Source: an uncultured virus (IMG/VR IMGVR_UViG_3300027708_000052) (taxonomy: Duplodnaviria > Heunggongvirae > Uroviricota > Caudoviricetes). Taken from it: a DNA stretch of 64,000 bases. The notes beneath the pieces were generated by a model. It was not told the DNA's origin and did not search any database. It saw only the letters and a list, made by a program, of their open reading frames with translations. Location: IMG/VR virus record IMGVR_UViG_3300027708_000052. One strand, given 5' to 3'. Both the position numbers and the translations under genes were made by a program. Shown here in pieces: positions 1 through 9,521 of the stretch. Within the stretch, counting starts at the first letter, position 1. Each line of letters opens with the position of its first letter.

Positions 1-3000
1 GTGGCTCCAGTTTTAACTTCTGGAACTTTAAGTCTTGTAGATTCTATAGTAGTTGCTGCTGTGACAAATGCTATCACATCAGCCTCTTCAAGTATCATTA
101 CTTTAGCCAACTGTCAAATGCTAACTTTGGCATTAAGTAATGTCGCCCCAGTTGTATTAAATGGTTTTTATTCAATATTTAACTGCGTATATGATAAACC
201 AAACTCAACATTGGTTGCACTGTCCCCTAGTGGTGGTTCAACTAGTTCTATTGATTACTTTCAGTATATTAATGCTGATAGATTAATTTTAGCATCTAGT
301 GGGCAGATAACATTCCCAGATGGATCTACACAAACAACAGCTTTTCTTAATAATTTAAGTTCCTATGCTACCAATACTCTTTTACAATCTACATCTGGTT
401 TATTAACACCTTTAACAACTACAAATACTCTTACAGGTTTATTAGTTAAGACAACAGATCTTAATACATTAAGTGCTACTCTTCTTACAAGAACAGACTA
501 CAGTACATCATCAGCCACATTTTTATCAACAACAATTTATCAAAGTGCTTCTAGTTCTTTTGCTACTAATACTTTACTTCAAAGTACTTCAGCTTTACTT
601 ACACCTTTAACAACTACAAATACTCTTACAGGTTTATTAGTTAAGACAACAGATCTCAATACGCTAAGTACTACTTTACTAACAAGAACAGATGCTAATA
701 CTCTTACAAGTCAACTCGTAACTAATACTACATTTAATAGTTATCAAACAAATGTTGCTAATACAACAGCGCTTCTTACACCTTTAACAACTACAAATAC
801 TCTTACAGGTTTATTAGTTAAGACAACAGATCTTAATACATTAAGTGCTACTCTTCTTACAAGAACAGACTACAGTACATCATCAGCCACATTTTTATCA
901 ACAACAATTTATCAAAGTGCTTCTAGTTCTTTTGCTACTAATACTTTACTTCAAAGTACTTCAGCTTTACTTACACCTTTAACAACTACAAATACTCTTA
1001 CAGGTTTATTAGTTACAAATACCACTTTAAACAATTTAAGTGGTAATTGGCAAACAGCCTATCAAAATGTTTCTGCTAATAATTTATATCTTAATGCAAA
1101 TACAACTTCGTTAAGCGCTTTAAATGCTTCATTAGTAGTTCAAACAATATCAGCGGCTACCTACTTCGGTATACCTTCAACTGGTGGTAATAGTAATCAA
1201 TGGAATAGCGCTTATACATGGGTTAATACTAATTCAGCTGCAGCAACTTTTGTAACTTCTATAAGTGCTCCTGCTTTAAGCGGTACTTTTTACGGAGATG
1301 GCTCGAGATTGACAGGCATCAGCGCTACAGGCTTTATTTTTCCAAATAATTTAACAGTAACTTCTTCTATAAGTGCTCCTGCTTTAAGTGGTACTTTTTA
1401 CGGGGATGGTTCTAAATTAACTGGTATTGTTACAAACAAACTTAACAACGGAACCACGCAGGTCATTTTATGTTCTAATAATACTTTAAGTGTACCTAAC
1501 AATCTTTATGTTAATAGTAATGTGGGAGTAGGTACAACAACACCCATCCGTAAATACCATCAAGAAGGTGGAAAATTTTTAGTAAACTCTAATGATGGAA
1601 GTTATGGACAATTTCAATTTATTAATCCAAGCAATGGGGAAGCTAGTTTGGTAATAGCAACTAATTCTTACCCAAATGCAAATGGTACAATTTCAAGCAA
1701 TTCTGATGACACCCATATGTGGGGACTTGGTCTTGGTATGTATGGGAACGATTCTAATATCTTTACTATTGGAAATGCTAATTCTTTGGAAATATTAAGA
1801 CTTACCGATGGATTTGGTGCTACAATTTATGGGAACATTTATGCTCTTGGCAGTATAACTGCTGATGAAACTATTAGTGGTACCAACATTAAAACTGTTG
1901 AAGGTATTACATTTGGTGATGGCTCTACTCAAACAACTGCTTTTACAGGTATACCAATTACTACTAATTTTATAACAGCAGTAAGTGGTACTACTAATCA
2001 AATTAACGCTTCCCGGTCTGGATCTACTGTTACACTCAGTTTACCAAATAGTGCAATATTTCCAGGAGATGTAAATATTCAAGGTAATCTAACAATATCA
2101 GGAAGTGCAACATATATCAATGCTAATAACTTAATTGTTAATGACAATATAATTTACTTTGCAGCAGCTAATCCTGCTAATACTCTAGATATTGGTATTG
2201 TAGGACACTTTACCAATGCTGGCAATTACAATCATACAGGTTTAGTAAGAAAAGCAGGTAATAATATACCAGGGACCTGGACATTGTTCTCAGGTTTAAC
2301 AACAGAGCCTTTATCTGCTTCAAATATTGATTGGACAGATCCAAATATAAGAATTGATTCATTAAGCGCTAACTTAATTGGTAATGTAACCGGAAATGCT
2401 AGTACAGTAACAAATGGTGTTTATACAAACGGCTCGTATTCAGATCCTTCTTGGATTACTTCATTAGCTGATTCTAAGATTACTGGTACTAAGTTTGCAA
2501 CTAATACAACTACTAACACTCTTACAAGTCAATTATTATTAACTACAATTTATCAAAATGCTTCTGGTAACTGGCAAACTGCTTATCAATCTGTATCTTC
2601 TCAACCTCGCACATTAATAGATGCAACAAGCTCTATTAAACCTATAAGAGGTAATAATACAGCATCAGGTATTTATTCTAATATAGCTGGTGGCGTATGT
2701 AATTTAGTATCTGGTTCTTACTCAACAATCGTAGGAGGGTTTAGTGGATGTGCAACAGGGTATGCAACATTTGTTGGAGCAGGATCAGGAAACTGTGCAA
2801 CTTGCGATTACGCTGTAGTTGTTGGAGGTTCGTTAAATAGAGCTTTATCAGCGCATAACTTTATAGGCGGCGGAAATAATAATCTCGTTACACTTGGTGC
2901 ATGTAGCGTTGTAGTTGGTGGTCTTAATAACTGCACTACCAATGTGTTTAATTTCGTTGGTGGTGGTACAGTTAATTGTGCTACAGCTGGTATGGCTACT

Positions 3001-3540
3001 GTTGTTGGTGGTAAAGGAAATACAGCTACAAATAACTGCTCATTTATTGGTGGTGGTTGTGGTAATACTAATGGTGGTGTATATGGTGTTATTGTTGGTG
3101 GTAATGGTGGAACAATAGGTGGTACAAACAACCAAGGGTTTATTGGAAATGGATGTAATAATTTAATTTGTAATACTGCATACTGTTCATCAATTATTAA
3201 TGGTGATACTAATAAAACTCCTTCCGGTGCCTATGCTTTTATTGGTGGTGGAACTACAAATACAGCATCAGGTTTATATTCCTCCATTGTAAATGGTAAA
3301 AGTAATATATCTTCTGGTACATATTCTTTCATAGCTGGTGGTTCTGCTAATGACACAAAAGGCTTTACTAATACCTTTATCCTAGGTACCGGATTAAGCG
3401 CTTTATCTGCTAACTACACTTATTTTAATAATGTTGAAATATCTAATACACCATCAAATCTTATTATGAAAGATACAACTGGTAAAAGATGGACTATTAC
3501 AGTATCAACTGGTGGTGCTCTAGTTGTAACAGCTTCCTAA
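1..3540 (+). CDS. Large fibre/adhesin-like structural protein (probably 5'-truncated): Thr/Ser/Leu-rich tandem repeats, fibre-shaft motifs, C-terminal YadA-head-like Gly/Asn/Cys repeats
   Basis: Open from base 1. Repeats TPLTTTNTLTGLLV x4, SISAPALSGTFYGDGS x2, ITFxDGSTQTTAF x2, VGVGTTTP shaft motif, and many ~14-aa A-x-G-x-Y/F-S-x-I-x-GG-x2-N units. Confidence 0.7.
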   Translation: MAPVLTSGTLSLVDSIVVAAVTNAITSASSSIITLANCQMLTLALSNVAPVVLNGFYSIFNCVYDKPNSTLVALSPSGGSTSSIDYFQYINADRLILASSGQITFPDGSTQTTAFLNNLSSYATNTLLQSTSGLLTPLTTTNTLTGLLVKTTDLNTLSATLLTRTDYSTSSATFLSTTIYQSASSSFATNTLLQSTSALLTPLTTTNTLTGLLVKTTDLNTLSTTLLTRTDANTLTSQLVTNTTFNSYQTNVANTTALLTPLTTTNTLTGLLVKTTDLNTLSATLLTRTDYSTSSATFLSTTIYQSASSSFATNTLLQSTSALLTPLTTTNTLTGLLVTNTTLNNLSGNWQTAYQNVSANNLYLNANTTSLSALNASLVVQTISAATYFGIPSTGGNSNQWNSAYTWVNTNSAAATFVTSISAPALSGTFYGDGSRLTGISATGFIFPNNLTVTSSISAPALSGTFYGDGSKLTGIVTNKLNNGTTQVILCSNNTLSVPNNLYVNSNVGVGTTTPIRKYHQEGGKFLVNSNDGSYGQFQFINPSNGEASLVIATNSYPNANGTISSNSDDTHMWGLGLGMYGNDSNIFTIGNANSLEILRLTDGFGATIYGNIYALGSITADETISGTNIKTVEGITFGDGSTQTTAFTGIPITTNFITAVSGTTNQINASRSGSTVTLSLPNSAIFPGDVNIQGNLTISGSATYINANNLIVNDNIIYFAAANPANTLDIGIVGHFTNAGNYNHTGLVRKAGNNIPGTWTLFSGLTTEPLSASNIDWTDPNIRIDSLSANLIGNVTGNASTVTNGVYTNGSYSDPSWITSLADSKITGTKFATNTTTNTLTSQLLLTTIYQNASGNWQTAYQSVSSQPRTLIDATSSIKPIRGNNTASGIYSNIAGGVCNLVSGSYSTIVGGFSGCATGYATFVGAGSGNCATCDYAVVVGGSLNRALSAHNFIGGGNNNLVTLGACSVVVGGLNNCTTNVFNFVGGGTVNCATAGMATVVGGKGNTATNNCSFIGGGCGNTNGGVYGVIVGGNGGTIGGTNNQGFIGNGCNNLICNTAYCSSIINGDTNKTPSGAYAFIGGGTTNTASGLYSSIVNGKSNISSGTYSFIAGGSANDTKGFTNTFILGTGLSALSANYTYFNNVEISNTPSNLIMKDTTGKRWTITVSTGGALVVTAS
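406..1015 (+). repeat. Intragenic tandem repeats; ~238-bp near-perfect duplication (406-643 vs 778-1015)
   Basis: Unit starting acacctttaacaactacaaatactcttacaggtttattagtt at 406, 601, 778 and 973 (spacings 195/177/195, all multiples of 3). Confidence 0.9.
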
Positions 3541-3542
3541 AG

Positions 3543-4367
3543 TTAATTCGTATAACCAAAACTTTGTTGATACCAAGCAAGGTTGTTATCAATCCAATCA
3601 CAAACTTGTTTGCCTAAAATTTCATTATAGTCTGGTGTCAGAGGTTGTACTTTTTGTCTGATTGTATGTAAGTCTGAAGTAAGACCATAAACAGAATCAT
3701 CTTCTTTAATTGTTTGTTCTATATTATCAAAATCATGTTTAAATGATTGTATTTCAAGATACTGATAAATCTTATCCATTTCTCTTTGAGGGTAAGAAGT
3801 TAAATCTTCTGCTCTAATATAAAGTACTTCTTTATTAATACCTTCTAAAAATGTTTGATTCAATCTCTCCAATGCTAACCCAACTGGAGGTGAAGCAATC
3901 CAAGAATCAATTCTCTTAGCTGTACTAGTACCTTTCATTTCAGAATGATTTTGTATATCTTGATGATATTCCGAACTTTTTCTAAAAATTTTTTCCATAG
4001 AGGCAAAAATACTTTTTAAATTTCTAACCATACAAATCATTTTAGGTTTATATGGCATAAATGATTCAAACCATTTATAATGAATCGTTCCACCTCTTGT
4101 TTTAATACAAAGGTTTGGCTTGTCTGTATAAGAAGAAGCATAACCTTCTAGACCACCTCTACAAAACCCTCTCCAAGTCTTTAATGCTAACTCTTTATCT
4201 ATAGCCTTAACTTCTGGTGTAGTTGTGAAATTCATTCTAGCCCCATAAAGATATTCTAATACTGGATCTGTTGGTGTTGCTTGAATTTCTGAATGTTGAT
4301 TGAGAATACATTGAAGTAATGTACTCATACTTCTTGGCATTGATGAGTTGAAGAATATATTTTTCAT
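3543..4367 (-). CDS. Sulfotransferase-family protein
   Basis: N-terminal PAPS-binding-loop-like SMPRSMSTLL, MVRNxxSIxAS 3'-PB-like motif, RAEDLxxxP. Confidence 0.8.
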   Translation of the reverse strand: MKNIFFNSSMPRSMSTLLQCILNQHSEIQATPTDPVLEYLYGARMNFTTTPEVKAIDKELALKTWRGFCRGGLEGYASSYTDKPNLCIKTRGGTIHYKWFESFMPYKPKMICMVRNLKSIFASMEKIFRKSSEYHQDIQNHSEMKGTSTAKRIDSWIASPPVGLALERLNQTFLEGINKEVLYIRAEDLTSYPQREMDKIYQYLEIQSFKHDFDNIEQTIKEDDSVYGLTSDLHTIRQKVQPLTPDYNEILGKQVCDWIDNNLAWYQQSFGYTN

Positions 4368-5303
4368 TTAAAAAGTAATAACTGGTTGTTGAGCTATCTC
4401 AAAAGCTAATTTATTCTTTGTACTTAAAATAGATTCTACAAATTGATCTTTATCAAACATTTGCCCGATATTATCGTACGGACATTCATAAAATCTACCA
4501 CCAGTCCAATCTTCGGACTCAAGATACGAATCAATACGGTGTCTAAAAGACTCTGAACCAGACGCTATAATATTATCATGTATGTTATGACCAAACACTA
4601 CAGGTGAATTTGAAATCCATCCAACGGTAGCCTTTTTATTAAACGCGGCAGCTGCGTGTTGAGCAAAAGAATCAATACATAAAAACTTATCAGATAATGC
4701 TATATAACAAAAGAGATTTCTAAAATGATCTGATACATGAATAGTATTTTCTAATGTTGGTTGCTTCTCTCTTCTTATATGAAATACTTTACTAAATTTG
4801 TCTTTAACTGTGTTTACTACCTCTTGAGCGAAAGCAGGAGGAAGGTCTCTTGACCAAGAATATGGATACTCTTGATTATCTGCCCCACCGCTTGATTGTA
4901 CTAAAAGTATAGGACCATCTTTGTTAATATTCTTTTGTACAAAGAGAAGTTCACGTTCAGTTAAATGGATATCAGTCTGTACACTAACACAGGGAATATT
5001 AAAAACATCACACCAAATCTCCGCTAAAGATTTCTTTTTATATAAAAGATCTCCGGAATGGTAAGGCTCCATCCTAAAGATTTTTGTTTCCTTACCGTTA
5101 ATATAGTCATCGTAAAAGTACGGTAGATTACCAAATTTATAAACTCGATAAACTAAAGGGTTGTGAAGAAAGACTTCCGGGTAAGCGGTAACAACAATAA
5201 GCTTATATTCTGGGTAAGCTGCTTTAATTGATTTAACTACAGCTGTAGCAACAATATTCTTACCACACCCTCCATCAATATGAAATATTACGTATTGATC
5301 CAT
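4368..5303 (-). CDS. Glycosyltransferase, GT-B fold (GT9/heptosyltransferase-like)
   Basis: IDGGCGKNI N-terminus, PEVFLHNP, C-terminal FLCIDSFAQHAAAAFNK motif. Confidence 0.75.
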   Translation of the reverse strand: MDQYVIFHIDGGCGKNIVATAVVKSIKAAYPEYKLIVVTAYPEVFLHNPLVYRVYKFGNLPYFYDDYINGKETKIFRMEPYHSGDLLYKKKSLAEIWCDVFNIPCVSVQTDIHLTERELLFVQKNINKDGPILLVQSSGGADNQEYPYSWSRDLPPAFAQEVVNTVKDKFSKVFHIRREKQPTLENTIHVSDHFRNLFCYIALSDKFLCIDSFAQHAAAAFNKKATVGWISNSPVVFGHNIHDNIIASGSESFRHRIDSYLESEDWTGGRFYECPYDNIGQMFDKDQFVESILSTKNKLAFEIAQQPVITF

Positions 5304-5322
5304 ACTATCATATTATAGTATA

Positions 5323-5616
5323 TTACTTCACTTTATCGGCAAGAGCAGCAATATAATTTACTAAATCAATAGCTGTATCTTTCTTATAACCACCAGCAAA
5401 GCGAGAGTACTTTTGATCTATAAAAGTAGCTAGAGCAATTACCTTACAAGTCTCATCATCGAGTTCAACGTTTGTATACTGCTTAACAATAGCTTTAGTT
5501 AAATGCCAAATACCATCTTTACCCCAAGTATCAGCATACTGGTCCCCGCGCTCTTGCATCGTCTTAGCAACTTCCTTAAGGGTGTTAGTTGCTGAAGAAA
5601 TAAATTCGTTAGCCAT
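5323..5616 (-). CDS. Small alpha-helical protein, DUF6378 / nucleotide-modification-associated-like
   Basis: ERGxQY motif plus K-x-SR...DT-x-IDLVNY-x-A pattern. Confidence 0.55.
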   Translation of the reverse strand: MANEFISSATNTLKEVAKTMQERGDQYADTWGKDGIWHLTKAIVKQYTNVELDDETCKVIALATFIDQKYSRFAGGYKKDTAIDLVNYIAALADKVK

Positions 5617-5891
5617 TAGTGATTACCAAGCCAGTTTTGTGATGAAGTATTAGCTGTTGATACTTCAGTAATATCAAAATAGAGAGAATGACTTGCACCA
5701 TTTGCTTGTATACCGTATGCTTTAATTTTACGTAACCCCTTGAACCCTGGTACCATACGATCGTGAGTAGACTCGTTTACGATTTCAAAATTATTTCCAA
5801 ACTCTTTAGAAAGAGCACTATAGATAAACATATTAATATCTGTCGATCCTACTTGAGAAGCTTTAATAAGAAAAATATTAGGTTGACTCAT
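5616..5891 (-). CDS. Hypothetical protein
   Basis: 91-aa ORF in tight operon; its stop overlaps the next start. Confidence 0.6.
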   Translation of the reverse strand: MSQPNIFLIKASQVGSTDINMFIYSALSKEFGNNFEIVNESTHDRMVPGFKGLRKIKAYGIQANGASHSLYFDITEVSTANTSSQNWLGNH

Positions 5892-5899
5892 AAAAATAA

Positions 5900-6112
5900 T
5901 TAATCCTTAGAATTTCTTTTGCTACTTGTAGTAGTATTTTTCTTTGAAGCTTTTGGTACTCTATTAATAGCAATAAGCTTGTTATTTTTTTCTTCAGCAA
6001 CAAGAACCTTCCATTCTTCATCGGAAAGACCTTTTGGACGATTAGCTAAAAACTTCTTTACATTGTATAGTTTAGAAGCACGAGTAACTGATAGATTAGG
6101 CCAGAAGTGCAT
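5900..6112 (-). CDS. Hypothetical basic protein
   Basis: 70-aa ORF tiling between neighbours on the same strand. Confidence 0.5.
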   Translation of the reverse strand: MHFWPNLSVTRASKLYNVKKFLANRPKGLSDEEWKVLVAEEKNNKLIAINRVPKASKKNTTTSSKRNSKD

Positions 6113-6117
6113 ATGTG

Positions 6118-6369
6118 TTATTGGTTAGTTTCATAATTTATTACAGAGTCGACACGAAAAGAACGCCAAGATTGCTTTTCAATATCCCATACAGCTATTG
6201 ATTCAGGATTATCACTTTTCATGCGTTTATTATTAACAAGATCAATATCAGGTAGATAATCTTCGTTAAGAGTACAAATCATTTTACGCAAACTATCATC
6301 TTTCTTTTTAAAATTAACAGTGACTACAGTTTTTTTAAGAAGGGCTTTAAATTCATCTTTCGTAATCAT
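6118..6369 (-). CDS. WYL-like Sm/SH3 beta-barrel protein (DUF2693-like), common in T4-like phages
   Basis: VxFxKKDxSxRxMxCTL ... VWDIEKQSWRSFRVD signature. Confidence 0.8.
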   Translation of the reverse strand: MITKDEFKALLKKTVVTVNFKKKDDSLRKMICTLNEDYLPDIDLVNNKRMKSDNPESIAVWDIEKQSWRSFRVDSVINYETNQ

Positions 6370-6399
6370 GTATCAATAATACATTAATTTTTAAAAGAA

Positions 6400-6597
6400 T
6401 CAAGAGATATCTCTGTTTAAATCATCAAAATTTAAATTATTTTCTAAAACTTCAAGAATATACTGCTGTATCTCTTTTTTTGAAATGTTTGATTTGTTTT
6501 TTAATTTGCTAATTGTTTGACGAAAATCTTCATCATATTCAAGCTTAAACACTAACTTGTTTCCGTAATCCGTTACGTCGTGTATTTCTAGATGCAT
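6400..6597 (-). CDS. Hypothetical protein
   Basis: 65-aa ORF with protein-like composition; overlaps the 3' end of the upstream gene by 53 nt. Confidence 0.5.
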   Translation of the reverse strand: MHLEIHDVTDYGNKLVFKLEYDEDFRQTISKLKNKSNISKKEIQQYILEVLENNLNFDDLNRDIS

Positions 6598-6970
6598 TAT
6601 TTTTTCTTTTTTTAGGTTTACGGTGTTCGGAAAGTAATTGTTGAAGGGCAGATTTATAAATTTTATTAATTAAATTTTTTAAAAACCGAGCATTATCAAA
6701 TATACTTACATTATTTATTACTCTAGACTCAGCATAAAGCACTTTAGTTTCGGACCAATCTGGGTACAGGTAATGTATACATTCATGATATGCTGTACGT
6801 AAAAGGTCTTTTCTATGATCTATTTCTAAAATATCTTCATCATACCTACACCATCCACAAATACCAAGTTTTTTAAAGACTACAAACTCTGGTGGCTTTT
6901 GCCTAATCAGCCATAAACATCGCCTATAAATAACTCCTATATCTTTTTTTGTTAATTTATCTGCAGCCAT
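6545..6970 (-). CDS. Putative HExxH zincin-like metallopeptidase
   Basis: GWC...ILEID...TAYHECIH...WSE-x-KV motif. Confidence 0.55.
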   Translation of the reverse strand: MAADKLTKKDIGVIYRRCLWLIRQKPPEFVVFKKLGICGWCRYDEDILEIDHRKDLLRTAYHECIHYLYPDWSETKVLYAESRVINNVSIFDNARFLKNLINKIYKSALQQLLSEHRKPKKRKNNASRNTRRNGLRKQVSV

Positions 6971-7036
6971 AACAATACTTATTATACGAACTATTTACTT
7001 TAAATAAAGGTAAAAGTTGATAAATATTATACGTTT

Positions 7037-7333
7037 ATGGATATTATTAAAGAATCATTAAATACTAATGATAATATAGGTTTAATGGGGTTTACCCCTA
7101 GAATGAAGAAGCAGTTACCCTTTCCATTAGAAAATATGGAAGAACAACTTGCTGATATTTACTTCAATCTTGATAAAGTACGTAAACGTTTAGAAGTTGT
7201 TAAACGTAATAATGTTACAAGTCTTACTAAGGCTCGTATGAAGAAGATAAAAAAGATGCAATTTAAGATTAATACTGCAATGGCTTTATTAAAGTACTTA
7301 ACAAAAGATTTAGATAGTTTTTGGATCAATTAA
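7037..7333 (+). CDS. Hypothetical helical protein
   Basis: 98-aa ORF with TAAATA at 7021-7026. Confidence 0.6.
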   Translation: MDIIKESLNTNDNIGLMGFTPRMKKQLPFPLENMEEQLADIYFNLDKVRKRLEVVKRNNVTSLTKARMKKIKKMQFKINTAMALLKYLTKDLDSFWIN

Positions 7334-7784
7334 TAGAAGCGTCTATATTTTCATTTCCTACTGGAAGTACTACTTTGCTGAGAGGTATTGTAAGTTGTGT
7401 TGAAAAGAACTGCATTTTAATACCATTTATTTGATTACAAGACTCGCATTTAAATCTATTTTCCTGATTAAGAACAATGGGTGTTGTATTAACATGTTGA
7501 CAATATGAACATGTTAAACGTACAGTGAACTTTGATAGTTCTTCCAATTGCTTATTGAGAATCTTAGCTCCTTCAACAAGATCTTTTCGTTGAAGGAATG
7601 TGTTAATAATTGCAAAAATAATAAACTGCAAACCAAATGCAATTATAAAATATCCCCAGAATCTATTTGTTATGAGATATCCTCCAACTCCAACTATAGT
7701 ACTTACAAAAAGTGTAAATACTTGAGATATAACAATAACAAGAATTTCTGGTTTCGTAAAAAAATCTTTTATCTTTTTAAACAT
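7326..7784 (-). CDS. Membrane protein with two TM segments and a C4 zinc ribbon
   Basis: Two hydrophobic stretches (about aa 14-38 and 42-63), then CSYC...CESC. Confidence 0.7.
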   Translation of the reverse strand: MFKKIKDFFTKPEILVIVISQVFTLFVSTIVGVGGYLITNRFWGYFIIAFGLQFIIFAIINTFLQRKDLVEGAKILNKQLEELSKFTVRLTCSYCQHVNTTPIVLNQENRFKCESCNQINGIKMQFFSTQLTIPLSKVVLPVGNENIDASIN

Positions 7785-7804
7785 ATTATAACTTAATAAT
7801 AAGC

Positions 7805-8035
7805 TTATGTAGTAGCAACTTTTTCATAGATCTTATCTGTAGCTGTATCGATGTACTTTAAAATGTCAAGAGGTTTAAGTTCTACTTTATCAAAATCAAT
7901 TTTTCTATCATCGCATTTATCACCGATAACATTAATTGCTTCTTCAAGCGCTGTCCATCGACAGAGCTCGTATAATGATAGTTTACTAATATCGACGTCT
8001 GATACTTTATTTGTTTGTTTAGATGTAATTTTCAT
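7805..8035 (-). CDS. Hypothetical protein
   Basis: 76-aa ORF in a same-strand run. Confidence 0.6.
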   Translation of the reverse strand: MKITSKQTNKVSDVDISKLSLYELCRWTALEEAINVIGDKCDDRKIDFDKVELKPLDILKYIDTATDKIYEKVATT

Positions 8036-8072
8036 AATACAACATTAATATAGCTTAAAACAAGCTATCAGG

Positions 8073-8363
8073 TCAAGCTATTTTTTCAAAAACCTGAATG
8101 TTAGCTCTAGAAACCTCAAAAACATCTTCAGGGAGTTGTTCGACAAAATCGAGCAATGTTGATGTTATACCGTCTGTAAATTCTTCAGCAGTAAGAGATA
8201 ATTTATATCTATCTGGTAGTTGCATAAAGTCATAGACACCATCACCGTTTTTACCAAGATACAAAATAAAGTCACCTCTTCTATGTTTAGTAAACGCGTA
8301 TATACTACGTTCTTTAGGTACTTGTAATAACCTCTCTTTGTTCTTCTTGAATTTAAACATCAA
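8073..8363 (-). CDS. Hypothetical protein
   Basis: 96-aa ORF in a same-strand run. Confidence 0.6.
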   Translation of the reverse strand: MMFKFKKNKERLLQVPKERSIYAFTKHRRGDFILYLGKNGDGVYDFMQLPDRYKLSLTAEEFTDGITSTLLDFVEQLPEDVFEVSRANIQVFEKIA

Positions 8364-8386
8364 GAATAATTTATATTATATTTTTA

Positions 8387-8797
8387 TTAATTCCAGAGAC
8401 GGATATAACGAACAGCACCGTTTATATTAAGCTGTAAAAATTCACTTGTAGTATTGAGGTCTTGTGCTGGTATAACAATATCGGCCTGGGTGTAAACAAT
8501 ATCTCCAGCTGAAAGCCCACCTGTAATAGTTACATTACCATTAAAATAAACATCACCGTCTGTTTGTATAGAATAAGGGGCATTAGCAGCATTAAAATAT
8601 GCAGTAGGTAAACTACTTAAACTATTAGTATCGCTAAAACCGGAAGCAGATAACGGACCGCTAAGTATAAACGGCCCTTGAAAAGGGTTATCGGTAGACG
8701 CAATTGGATCGTGAGTTGCATCAGGATAACGTGGATCTCCTACTGAGGTACTGTGATGGTTATGTCTATGAAACTTATTATGAAGTTTACTGCTCAT
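8387..8797 (-). CDS. Short fibre-like structural protein with His-rich N-terminus
   Basis: HNKFHRHNHHS start, GNVTITGGLSA shaft motif, FLQLNINGAVRYIRLW end; TAAATA upstream. Confidence 0.5.
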   Translation of the reverse strand: MSSKLHNKFHRHNHHSTSVGDPRYPDATHDPIASTDNPFQGPFILSGPLSASGFSDTNSLSSLPTAYFNAANAPYSIQTDGDVYFNGNVTITGGLSAGDIVYTQADIVIPAQDLNTTSEFLQLNINGAVRYIRLWN

Positions 8798-8853
8798 TAA
8801 CTATATTTAATCTCTAACTTTGAATAAATATTATCATATACCCATCTAATTTT

Positions 8854-9486
8854 ATGGTTGATTCGACAAATTATTATCCATTGATAGCAGCTTTTTTAAC
8901 AGGTATAGCAGGTCCATTAGGACTTACTTATATAAAACATAAGCTCAGAGTTAAAACACGAGATATAGATAAACGTAAATCTGACTTTGTAAATTCATTA
9001 CATATTCAAGATATTGTAAATAATTCTTTAAACAAACTACAAATAAAATATGATATTGATAGACTTTGGATAGCACAATTTCATAATGGGGGTAATTTTT
9101 ATCCTGGAAATAAATCAATGAAAAAGTTATCTATGACTTTTGAATCTACAGCCCCAGGTATAGCGGCAGATATAATGAAGATGCAAAATTTACCTGTTTC
9201 GTTTTTTAGCTCAGCATTACAAAAATTAAACAACGGAGAGGAATGTCTTTTAATTGATACTCATACTGAAGAAGATTATGCTCTTGCTTCTTTTTGGGAA
9301 AGTAAAGGTGTTAATTCTGTTTATCTTTTCCCTGTTCGTTGTTTAGAAGGAGGTTTTATTGGTATACTCGGTGTTGATTTTGTAAAAACAGATAACATAT
9401 TAAATGAAAGTATATATAAAAAAATAAAAGCCGAAGCTGATTCTTTATCCGGTTATATTTCTACACTTTCTATCGATAAAGAATAA
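8854..9486 (+). CDS. Holin-like protein: single N-terminal TM segment plus GAF-like domain (T4 holin T-like architecture)
   Basis: TM at about aa 8-28; RLWIAQFHNG...SMTFE...PGI and YLFPV...FIGILGVDF GAF-like strands; first gene of the lysis cluster. Confidence 0.55.
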   Translation: MVDSTNYYPLIAAFLTGIAGPLGLTYIKHKLRVKTRDIDKRKSDFVNSLHIQDIVNNSLNKLQIKYDIDRLWIAQFHNGGNFYPGNKSMKKLSMTFESTAPGIAADIMKMQNLPVSFFSSALQKLNNGEECLLIDTHTEEDYALASFWESKGVNSVYLFPVRCLEGGFIGILGVDFVKTDNILNESIYKKIKAEADSLSGYISTLSIDKE

Positions 9487-9521
9487 TTGCATTTTTGTTT
9501 CTTTAGGAATAATTTATTCAT

